Assembly: GCA_023151275.1 (NCBI GenBank)
Contig: JAKLJI010000009.1
Coordinates: 20,287-84,286 of the forward strand
Source of the DNA: Bacteroidia bacterium
Lineage (GTDB): Bacteria > Bacteroidota > Bacteroidia > UKL13-3
Direction of reading: 5' to 3'
Length of the DNA stretch: 64,000 nucleotides
Position numbers and translations under genes: made by a program
Notes under the pieces: model-generated
The model's database searches: none
Seen by the model: only the letters and a program-made list of their open reading frames with translations
What the model was told of the DNA's origin: nothing
In this document: positions 26,480 through 39,028 of the stretch, piece after piece
How the letters are laid out: the number at the start of each line of letters is the position of its first letter
How positions within the stretch are numbered: the first letter of the stretch is position 1

Positions 26480-27061
26480 TTAAATCTGGACTCCTTTTTC
26501 AACCATAAGCTTGCGCAGGTTGTTAAGAGCATAACGCATTCTTCCCAAGGCAGTATTTACGCTTACTCCGGTAGCATCGCCAATTTCTTTAAAGCTCATA
26601 TTACCCCAGTGGCGCATAATAATTACTTGTTTCTGCTCTTCGGGCAAATACTTGATAAGTGCCTTAATCTTTTCTTCGGCATGAAATTGCAGAATTTTCT
26701 GCTCATGAGTAGTTTCTTCAGCAATTTTTAGGTAGGAGAAAATATCGTTGCCTTCGGAATCGGTAATGGTGGTATCCCGATTGAGTTTACGGAGGTAATC
26801 GATGGTTAAATTCCTACCTACACGAACTGCCCAACCCACAAATTTTCCTTCTTCGTTGTAATTTCCTGAACGAAGTGTGTGGATGATTTTGATGAAAGTT
26901 TCCTGAAAAATGTCTTCTGCCAGTGATCTGTCGCGAACCAACAAATAAATGGCAGAGAAAATGTTTCTCTTGTGGCGTTTGATAAGCTCTTCCAGAGCAC
27001 GGTCGTTTCCGGACTGATAGAGTTGTACCAACTCATTGTCACTAATTTTCTGCATGTTCAT
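26480..27061 (-). CDS. RNA polymerase sigma-70 factor, ECF subfamily
   Basis: Region 2 (DIFQETFIKI..., GWAVRVGRNLTIDYLRK) and region 4 HTH (MSFKEIGDATGVSVNTALGRMRYAL) are present. Confidence 0.85.
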   Translation of the reverse strand: MNMQKISDNELVQLYQSGNDRALEELIKRHKRNIFSAIYLLVRDRSLAEDIFQETFIKIIHTLRSGNYNEEGKFVGWAVRVGRNLTIDYLRKLNRDTTITDSEGNDIFSYLKIAEETTHEQKILQFHAEEKIKALIKYLPEEQKQVIIMRHWGNMSFKEIGDATGVSVNTALGRMRYALNNLRKLMVEKGVQI

Positions 27062-27206
27062 GGCAGTAGGTGTTTAAAGGTTGAACAATACGAGGACTAG
27101 TGTAGAGTGGTTTCTATAAGCGATATCCGGTTTTAATGTGTGTTGATTTTTAAAATTGACCTAAAACGAATTTAATAAACGAAATGAGAAAAACAAGCTT
27201 AATTTT

Positions 27207-27956
27207 TTATTTTTTACTTTTTGGTACGGTTCGCAACTCAGGATGTATCAAATTGAATCGAAGGCCCAGATTTAATCCAACTGCGAGATAGGGAACTTTC
27301 AATCGGTCTGGCGTAATTTGGATTGGACTTCCCTGAACAGTCAATTGAATGGTTCCAAAATCAGGTCTTGAAAAGGTAAGATCAGAACCAAGTAATAAAG
27401 AAACTGTCTTATTGAGGTGAATTGCAGAACCAATTCCCAATTGCGCAAATACGGAAGTTGTACTACTACTTTTCCATTTTATGGCAAAGGAATCCGAAAC
27501 CAAGTAATAGGAAGGCGAACTGGACCAAAGTATGCCCAAAGAAGGCTTCACAAAAAGCTCATAATCGGGCTGTTTGTAACTAAAACGGGGGGAAAAGAAT
27601 AGGGCATTGCTGCTCCAGCTTTGAATATTAATAATTGAACTATAGGTTTGATTTTCCGGCACAGATAAAAGTAATTTTTCAAAAGCCGTTGCATCCACTC
27701 CGTAACTAGAATTTCTAAAACCAACCGAATAATCGAACCAGTTATTTTTGGATTTGAACTCGTAATCAATGCTAATCGCTTTTCCCTGGGTTGCAAAACC
27801 ATTCTCAAAAAAAGGAAAATCTTTACCGGCAAACATTCCTGTTGGGAAACTGCCACCGGCACGAATAGAAAGTGATTGTGCTCCTGCAATCCTTGGGAAA
27901 AACAGGGTAAAACTAAAACAAATAAGGAGCGTCGTTTTTTGTAATCTTGCAGCCAT
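27207..27956 (-). CDS. Hypothetical outer-membrane beta-barrel protein
   Basis: Signal peptide ...RIAGAQS, and an alternating hydrophobic pattern with Gly/Ser/aromatic-rich strands. No specific family was recognised. Confidence 0.35.
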   Translation of the reverse strand: MAARLQKTTLLICFSFTLFFPRIAGAQSLSIRAGGSFPTGMFAGKDFPFFENGFATQGKAISIDYEFKSKNNWFDYSVGFRNSSYGVDATAFEKLLLSVPENQTYSSIINIQSWSSNALFFSPRFSYKQPDYELFVKPSLGILWSSSPSYYLVSDSFAIKWKSSSTTSVFAQLGIGSAIHLNKTVSLLLGSDLTFSRPDFGTIQLTVQGSPIQITPDRLKVPYLAVGLNLGLRFNLIHPELRTVPKSKK

Positions 27957-27988
27957 TAGAAACCCGTTCATTGGGGGAAAAATACAAC

Positions 27989-30805
27989 ATGTCAGGTAAA
28001 AACCAACAGGATATCTTTATTAAAGGTGCAAGAGTGCACAACTTGAAAAATGTAGATGTACAGATTCCAAGGAACAAACTCACCGTGGTGACAGGAGTTT
28101 CCGGGAGTGGGAAATCGAGTCTGGTTTTCGATACCCTGTATGCCGAAGGACAACGCAGGTATGTAGAGAGCTTATCTGCCTATGCACGTCAGTTCTTAGG
28201 TAAAATGAATAAACCGGATGTAGATTATATTCATGGTATTTCCCCTTCAATAGCGATTGAACAAAAGGTGAACACCAAAAATCCACGATCTACCGTTGCC
28301 ACCTCAACCGAGATTTACGATTATTTAAAATTACTTTTTGCCCGTATTGGAGTAACCTATTCACCTGTTTCAGGAAAGGAAGTGAAGCGGCATACTGTTG
28401 AAGATGCCTGTAACCTAATTGAGTCCTTGATTGAAGGAACTCGGGTATATGTTTTGGTTTCAATTGTTTCTCCAGCCAAAGATTTAAAGAAAAGTCTTGA
28501 AACTTATTTGCAAAATGGATTTTCTCGATTGATGCAAAACGAAGAAATCCTTGATTTGGAGGAAGTTCTTGAAAGCGGCAACTTGAAAACCATTGGAAAT
28601 AAAGGTCTTTACTTGGTTATCGATAGGTTTGCAGTTGTTAAAGGAGATGAAGAATTTCTATCCAGAATTTCAGATTCCATACAAACTGCGTTTTATGAAG
28701 GGCATGGCGAATGCATTATTCATGTTCCAGGCGGCATTCACGAAACCTTAAATAACCGTTTTGAGGCCGATGGAATTAGTTTTGAGGAACCTTCAGTAAA
28801 TTTCTTCTCCTTCAACAATCCTTACGGTGCCTGCAAAACCTGCGGAGGATTTGGCTCAGTTGTAGGAATAGATGAGGATTTGGTAATTCCAGACAAGGGA
28901 AGGTCAATTTACGAAGATGCTGTAGTTCCCTGGAAAGGCGAAAAAATGAGCGATTGGAAAAATTGGTTTCTGAAATATGCCAGCAAATCCAAGTTCCCCA
29001 TTCACAAGCCCTATTATCAATTAAGTGCAGCTCAAAAAAGTCAGCTTTGGGATGGAGATGGCGAGTGGGAAGGTATTTATGGATTTTTCAGGGAGTTGGA
29101 AAAGCAAACTTATAAAATCCAATATCGCGTAATGCTTGCCCGATACAGAGGAAAAACCAATTGTCCGGATTGCAAAGGAACCCGCTTGCGCAAAGACAGT
29201 TCATACGTTAGAATTCGAGAAAAAGATTCAACTAAAACCTATAAAGAATTCTCCTGTTTGAGCGATGTTTTGTTGATGAGCATAGACGATGCAGCAAACT
29301 ATTTTAACACCCTAAATTTGGATGAACAGCATGCCCAGATTGCCAAACGAATGCTGCTTGAAATTACAAATCGACTTAAATTTTTGCAGGAAGTTGGATT
29401 GGGCTATTTATCGCTAAACCGACTTAGCAATACCCTTTCCGGTGGCGAAACTCAGCGCATTAATCTGGCAACATCTTTAGGTTCAAGCTTGGTTGGTTCC
29501 TTGTACATCTTAGATGAACCCAGTATTGGTTTACATTCACGTGATACCGAAAAGTTAATCGGGGTTTTGAAGCAATTACGCGATATTGGAAATACCGTGG
29601 TTGTTGTTGAACACGACCAAGACATTATGGAGCAAGCCGACCATATTCTGGACATTGGTCCGGAAGCTGGCGTTCACGGTGGAACCTTGGTTGCCAGTGG
29701 AACATTGAATGAAATCATTCAAAAAGGGACCAGTTTAACCGCAGCTTATTTATCCGGTAAACAGGAAATTCCTATTCCTTCAAAAAGAAGAAAATGGACA
29801 GAGAGCATTCGCATCAAAGGAGCCCGACAAAACAACCTGAAAAACATTGATGTTGCATTTCCACTGCATGTATTGACGGTAGTTACGGGCGTATCGGGAA
29901 GTGGAAAAACCACCCTGATTAGAAGCATTCTATTTCCTGCAATTCAAAAGCATTTCGGGCAATACACTGGTGAAAGAACCGGACAATTCGACCACATCGA
30001 AGGCTCGCTTCAATCTCTAAAATCCATTGAGTTTGTTGACCAAAATCCTATTGGAAAATCTAGTCGTTCAAACCCAATAACCTATATCAAAGCCTACGAC
30101 CCCATTCGGGACCTCTATGCCTCACAAGCTATCAGCAAATCAAGAGGTTACAAAGCCCAGCATTTTAGTTTTAATGTGGATGGAGGCCGTTGCGAAACCT
30201 GTCAGGGTGAAGGTGAAGTTACCATAGAAATGCAGTTCATGGCTGATATTCATTTGCCCTGTGAATCTTGCCAAGGTAATCGCTTCAAAGAAGAAATTCT
30301 AGATGTAAAATACAAGCAAAAACACATTAGTGATGTGTTAAAAATGAGTGTAGATGAAGCCATAGATTTTTTTGCAGAAGAGACCAGCATTGCCAATAAA
30401 CTCAAACCGCTTCAGGATGTAGGTTTAGGTTATGTGCAATTGGGTCAAAGCAGCAATACCTTAAGTGGTGGAGAAGCACAACGCGTAAAGCTAGCGAGCT
30501 TTCTTGGAAAAGGGAAAAGTCCCGAACCGGTTTTCTTTATCTTTGATGAACCCACAACCGGACTTCATTTCCACGATATTCAAAAATTATTGAAATCGTT
30601 TGAAGCCCTGATTGCTCAAGGACATTCAATTCTTGTCATTGAGCATAACATGGATGTAATCAAATGTGCCGATTGGATAATTGACATGGGACCTGAAGCC
30701 GGAACCGAAGGAGGTAAATTGGTATTTGAAGGAACTCCGGAAGAATTAGTAAAGGTTAAAGAAAGTTACACAGGCCAATACCTGAAATTAAAATTAAACA
30801 CATGA
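27989..30805 (+). CDS. uvrA: Excinuclease ABC subunit A
   Basis: Two ABC modules (GVSGSGKSSL, LSGGE..R, GVSGSGKTTL), zinc-finger CxxC pairs, about 940 aa. Start is at the ATG at 27989. Confidence 0.95.
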   Translation: MSGKNQQDIFIKGARVHNLKNVDVQIPRNKLTVVTGVSGSGKSSLVFDTLYAEGQRRYVESLSAYARQFLGKMNKPDVDYIHGISPSIAIEQKVNTKNPRSTVATSTEIYDYLKLLFARIGVTYSPVSGKEVKRHTVEDACNLIESLIEGTRVYVLVSIVSPAKDLKKSLETYLQNGFSRLMQNEEILDLEEVLESGNLKTIGNKGLYLVIDRFAVVKGDEEFLSRISDSIQTAFYEGHGECIIHVPGGIHETLNNRFEADGISFEEPSVNFFSFNNPYGACKTCGGFGSVVGIDEDLVIPDKGRSIYEDAVVPWKGEKMSDWKNWFLKYASKSKFPIHKPYYQLSAAQKSQLWDGDGEWEGIYGFFRELEKQTYKIQYRVMLARYRGKTNCPDCKGTRLRKDSSYVRIREKDSTKTYKEFSCLSDVLLMSIDDAANYFNTLNLDEQHAQIAKRMLLEITNRLKFLQEVGLGYLSLNRLSNTLSGGETQRINLATSLGSSLVGSLYILDEPSIGLHSRDTEKLIGVLKQLRDIGNTVVVVEHDQDIMEQADHILDIGPEAGVHGGTLVASGTLNEIIQKGTSLTAAYLSGKQEIPIPSKRRKWTESIRIKGARQNNLKNIDVAFPLHVLTVVTGVSGSGKTTLIRSILFPAIQKHFGQYTGERTGQFDHIEGSLQSLKSIEFVDQNPIGKSSRSNPITYIKAYDPIRDLYASQAISKSRGYKAQHFSFNVDGGRCETCQGEGEVTIEMQFMADIHLPCESCQGNRFKEEILDVKYKQKHISDVLKMSVDEAIDFFAEETSIANKLKPLQDVGLGYVQLGQSSNTLSGGEAQRVKLASFLGKGKSPEPVFFIFDEPTTGLHFHDIQKLLKSFEALIAQGHSILVIEHNMDVIKCADWIIDMGPEAGTEGGKLVFEGTPEELVKVKESYTGQYLKLKLNT

Positions 30806-31533
30806 GTCAAACACCAAAGGTTATTCCATTTCGGGAAATGATCATTCAGGAAGACGAGCACCTGATATTTATAAATAAGCCTGCACACTATTCTTCGCTA
30901 GACGACCGACATGGCGATGTTTTCTCCATTATTCGTCAGGCAAAAAAGCACGACGAGAACCTCCAGTTATGCCATCGCTTAGACAAAGAAACCAGCGGGA
31001 TTCTTGTATTGGCCAAAAACGAAGACGTTTATCGTGAAGTAAGCATTTTATTTGAGAAAAGAGCGATTGAAAAGCGCTACCATGCTGTGGTAAATGGACA
31101 TTTGGTGGTGAATGGGGCAGAAATAAATCTTCCACTCAGTCAAAGTGCCAAAGGCATTGCACGGGTTGATATGAAAGAAGGCAAGCCATCAAAAACCATT
31201 ATCAGCACACTTGAGACATTTAGGCATTTTACTTTATTGGAATGCAAACCTGAAACCGGGCGCTTGCATCAAATCAGGATTCACCTGGCTTCGCAAAACT
31301 TTCCATTGGTTGCAGATACAACCTACAATGGAAAAATGCCCTATCTGTCTCATATCAAGCCAAAATTTAAAGAAGGCAAATGGGAAAATGAAGAACCCAT
31401 GATGAAGCGTGTTGCCTTGCATGCCCACAGTTTAAGATTTGAGCTTTTTGAAATAAAATACGAGGTAGTTGCAGATTATCCCAAGGATTTTGCCGTGCTA
31501 ATTAAACTCTTGGAAAAGTACGACAAGGCTTAG
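30802..31533 (+). CDS. RluA-family pseudouridine synthase
   Basis: HRLDKETSGILVLAK and GRLHQIRIHLA motifs are present. There is a 4-nt ATGA overlap with uvrA. Confidence 0.85.
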   Translation: MSQTPKVIPFREMIIQEDEHLIFINKPAHYSSLDDRHGDVFSIIRQAKKHDENLQLCHRLDKETSGILVLAKNEDVYREVSILFEKRAIEKRYHAVVNGHLVVNGAEINLPLSQSAKGIARVDMKEGKPSKTIISTLETFRHFTLLECKPETGRLHQIRIHLASQNFPLVADTTYNGKMPYLSHIKPKFKEGKWENEEPMMKRVALHAHSLRFELFEIKYEVVADYPKDFAVLIKLLEKYDKA

Positions 31534-31625
31534 GAAAATATTGCCTCAATCCTACTTTTTCAATTCTCCTTCTTGTTTCATTCGGCTTCATGTTCTGAAG
31601 CTAAAATGTCATATACTTGTAAGGA

Positions 31626-32777
31626 ATGAACCTGCGATTGAAGCAATGGATTGACGGAAGCATTGGCCGGATTTTGGTGGCAATTTTTGTAGTGATTGTC
31701 AGAGGTCTGGGCTTGCTCCTCAAACGAAACCACAGCTTGCAACCTGAGCCAAAAAATATTTTAGTTATTAAGATGCTTGGACTTGGCAGCGTTTTTATGG
31801 CAATGGATAGCCTGTATAGTTTGAAAAAACGCTATCCCAATACTCGGTTTATTTTGATGTGCGGACAAGGCGTTGCAGCTGGTATTGAACCCCTGAAATT
31901 TTTTGATGAAATCTGGGTGCATAACGACAAATCCATTGGCAAACTGGTAAGCTCCGGATTTGCGTTGCTGATTAAAACCTGGAAACAAAAGGGACTTTGG
32001 GTGATGGACTTGGAAGTGTACTCGGTTTTAACCACTTTGTTTTCCGCTTGGACAAGCGCAAGAAATCGCTTTGGTTTTCAACTAAACAAAGTTCATTTCA
32101 GAAACTACCTAAATACCCATAACATTTATTTCAACCAATTTATTACGGTTTCTAGAAACTACGAAAACCTGGTGAAAGATATGGGGGTTAGGGAAATTGA
32201 GACTTTTCAAACACCCCAATTTTCAAACCAAAAAAAGGGGAATTATATCGCCATCAACAACACGTGCAGTGAATTGGGAGGTGATTTGAGAAAAATGGAT
32301 TCGGGGCAACTAAAAGCAATTGTGAACGAACTGGTGAACCAACAAAAACTCCAGGTTGCCTTTACCGGGGCACCTTCCGATTATGAAAGTTTGGAAAAGC
32401 TCATCAAAAACGAACTTGCAGAATTTGAAGGCAAGGTGATTAACATCGCCGGTAAATTTAGTTTCACAAACTACTACAGCTTTCTTTCGGAATCGTGTTT
32501 AGCCATGATAAGCATTGATTCAGCACCACTTCATATTGCCATGAAACTGGGTTTACCAACGCTTAGCGTTTGGGGCCCCATCAAACCGGAACAACGTATT
32601 GAAACCAATCAAAGCAAGCACTTGGTGGTTTACAAAGCTCAGGCCTGTAGTCCTTGCATTCACTTATCGGATATTGTTCCCTGTGGCGGAAACAACATTT
32701 GCATGAAAGAAATACCTACCGAATTGCTCATTCAAAAAACCCGGGAATTATGCGGAATCGTTACCTCATTGCATTGA
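31626..32777 (+). CDS. Glycosyltransferase family 9 (heptosyltransferase-like)
   Basis: ILVIKMLGLGSVFMA near the N-terminus and SIDSAPLHIAMKLGLPTLSVWGP near the C-terminus are typical of GT9. Confidence 0.7.
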   Translation: MNLRLKQWIDGSIGRILVAIFVVIVRGLGLLLKRNHSLQPEPKNILVIKMLGLGSVFMAMDSLYSLKKRYPNTRFILMCGQGVAAGIEPLKFFDEIWVHNDKSIGKLVSSGFALLIKTWKQKGLWVMDLEVYSVLTTLFSAWTSARNRFGFQLNKVHFRNYLNTHNIYFNQFITVSRNYENLVKDMGVREIETFQTPQFSNQKKGNYIAINNTCSELGGDLRKMDSGQLKAIVNELVNQQKLQVAFTGAPSDYESLEKLIKNELAEFEGKVINIAGKFSFTNYYSFLSESCLAMISIDSAPLHIAMKLGLPTLSVWGPIKPEQRIETNQSKHLVVYKAQACSPCIHLSDIVPCGGNNICMKEIPTELLIQKTRELCGIVTSLH

Positions 32778-34023
32778 TTTTTGTTTTTGTTTACCTCCTG
32801 GTATTTCTGCGTATGAGCCGGATTTCTGTGTACACAGAAGGAAGGGCAAGGAGTGCAATTCTGGGTGATGGATTTAGCGACATCAATACACTTTCATCGG
32901 CCCATTATTTTCTGGATTCTGGTTTTACAAAAACCGCTTGGTTACCTGTTCATGAATATTATCCTCCAGGATCAACTCCACAGGTTTACACCCACTACCC
33001 TGCCCTTCCAAACCTACTTTGTGGTGTTTACGCAAGCTTGTTTCAAAGCACAAGCGAGCCCTTGTTGCGCTTAATTCCCGTCTTGTTGTCCATGGTATTC
33101 TTTGGTTTAATTTTCCGATTCCTGAAAAAATTAACCGGTGACTCAACCAAAGCACTTATAGGTTCAGCGGGGCTTTGGCTGGGAAGTTACTTTATCAATT
33201 GGGCTGATAACCTGCATCAGCATTTGTACGGCGAGCTTTTAAAATGGCTGTATGTGTATGTAATGTATTTGTATTTTCAAGGAGGAAGAAAGCAAATTGG
33301 TTTATTGCTTACCATGCTGGTGATAATGATTCTTGAAGTAAACATCAGCTTTGAGCAGCCTGTTTATCTGGGCATAGCAACCCTTGGATTTTCTTTGGTT
33401 TACAAACACGGCGTTTTTTCGCGGGAAAACATACTTGCATTTCTGGCAATCTGGCTTGGATTTGGACTTCACCTCTATCAAAATGCCATCTATTTTGGAA
33501 GCTGGAAAGCCGCATTGGATGACATGATTCATGCCTTTACCTTCAGAGCTACCGGAGCAGAAACGGTGGGGTATATCAAAGAAAAAGAATACACCTGGAG
33601 AAATTTCCCTGAAATTATGTTTGGCTGGTTCAATGGCATGGAACGATTTTATGTCCTTCCAGGTTGGTCGCTGCTTACCCTTTGGATTTTACTTGGAAAG
33701 CAGCTTTGGAACAAACAGACCCATCTGGTTAAACTAGCAATTGCCTTGTTTGCAGCCAGCATTAGTTGGGGATTTGTGATGAGTCAACATGCGTATGTGC
33801 ATGCCTTTACCAACAAGCATTTCTCTATTTTTGTCGGATTAAGTCTGGCCTTGTTAATTCCGGAGTACCTGCAACGCTTGAAAACCGATTGGCAAAGCGG
33901 AAATACCGGTTTACGAATTTTTCATACCGTTTTGATTGCTTACTCTGCAAGCATGTTTATCAGCCAGCAAGTTTGGGAAATTTGGTTGCGCTACGGATTG
34001 TTTTACCCTCATTTTGGAACCTA

Positions 34024-34024
<1 letters not shown>
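32750..34024 (+). CDS. Polytopic membrane protein (about 11 TM; GT-C / O-antigen-ligase-like candidate)
   Basis: 424 aa from the ATG at 32750, almost entirely hydrophobic helices. It overlaps the GT9 gene by 28 nt. No family motif was recognised. Confidence 0.45.
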
Positions 34025-37795
<3,771 letters not shown>

Positions 37796-37819
37796 CCATT
37801 TAATCCTATCTTTGCGCCG

Positions 37820-38377
37820 ATGCCGTGGTTTGAAAACATAAAGAACTCCCTAGGGAAAAAGCAATTGCTTGCCCGGACTCCTAAATCAGTACCGCTGCAA
37901 TCCATGCCCGATTATTCAAAGATTCAGGACATTGCCATTGTTTACCCGGCCGGAAATGCTGAACAGGAAGACCAGGTTCAGGAATTTGCAGGCCACCTGA
38001 GGGCACAAGGTAAAAAAGTATTTTTGATGGGCTTTTTGAATCAAAAAGAATTGGGAGAAAAACGTCACTTGCATATCCAATCACAATATTTTTGGAGAGA
38101 ATACCTTGGATTTTTGAACTTGCCCATCAAGGAGAAATTGGCAGGTTTTATCAAACAGCCTTTCGATTTACTCATCAACCTTTGCCCGGATTTCAACCTG
38201 CCAATTTTGGCCCTATGTGCCTACAGTGAAGCAGGTTTGAAGATTGCACCGCACTCCAAGGAAGCCGAACCATTTCACCAAATACTTATAGATTCCCAAT
38301 CCAACAACCTGTTGGAATTAGGCATTCAAATGGAAAACTACCTATTGCTTATCACCCCTAATCCCCAAAAAGTATGA
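37820..38377 (+). CDS. Hypothetical protein, translationally coupled to queE
   Basis: 185-aa ORF with coding-like composition and a 4-nt ATGA overlap with queE. No motif was recognised. Confidence 0.45.
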   Translation: MPWFENIKNSLGKKQLLARTPKSVPLQSMPDYSKIQDIAIVYPAGNAEQEDQVQEFAGHLRAQGKKVFLMGFLNQKELGEKRHLHIQSQYFWREYLGFLNLPIKEKLAGFIKQPFDLLINLCPDFNLPILALCAYSEAGLKIAPHSKEAEPFHQILIDSQSNNLLELGIQMENYLLLITPNPQKV

Positions 38378-38970
38378 AATTACCTGTAATGGAACATTTC
38401 TATACCCTTCAGGGTGAAGGCGTTCATACCGGAAAAGCCGCCTATTTTATTCGGCTTGGAGGTTGTGATGTGGGTTGTGTTTGGTGCGATGTGAAAGAAA
38501 GTTGGGACATGGCCAAACATCCTTTAGTTGAGATTGATTACATCAAGGAGCAGGTTTTGGAATCGGGAGCGCCAATTGCAGTAATTACCGGAGGTGAACC
38601 CTTGATGCACCAACTTGATGAATTGACAAGGGTTTTACAGGAAGCTGGAATCCGCACGCATATAGAGACTTCTGGTTCAAGTCCATTGAGTGGAAGCTGG
38701 GACTGGATTTGCGTATCACCCAAAAAATTCAAAGCACCCTTGCAAGAAGTGCTTGATGTGGCAAATGAACTGAAAGTGGTGATTTTTAATTCAAGCGATT
38801 TTGAATGGGCAGAACAACATGCCTTACGTGTTCCAAAATCATGCAGCTTAATCATTCAACCCGAATGGGACCGGCGCGCCAGGATGTTACCCGAAATGAT
38901 TACCTTTATTCAACAAAATCCAAGCTGGCAAATGGGACTTCAAACTCATAAATGGTTGAATATTCCCTAG
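38374..38970 (+). CDS. queE: 7-carboxy-7-deazaguanine synthase (radical SAM)
   Basis: FYTLQGEG...F.RLGGCDVGCVWCD carries the CX3CX2C cluster. Length is about 200 aa. Confidence 0.85.
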   Translation: MKLPVMEHFYTLQGEGVHTGKAAYFIRLGGCDVGCVWCDVKESWDMAKHPLVEIDYIKEQVLESGAPIAVITGGEPLMHQLDELTRVLQEAGIRTHIETSGSSPLSGSWDWICVSPKKFKAPLQEVLDVANELKVVIFNSSDFEWAEQHALRVPKSCSLIIQPEWDRRARMLPEMITFIQQNPSWQMGLQTHKWLNIP

Positions 38971-39028
38971 GTTAAATTCAAGGAAAACCTAAATTAATTT
39001 ACCGGTTCTAATCTGTATTTTCGAGGGC

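Noticed and set aside
33766-34023. Upstream extensions of ORFs in the track (33766, 35663, 15639, 27947, 25660, 32654, 19904, 14153)
   Set aside because: Each extension overlaps the preceding gene. A downstream ATG yields a canonical N-terminus, either a signal peptide or a conserved start, immediately after or overlapping the upstream stop.
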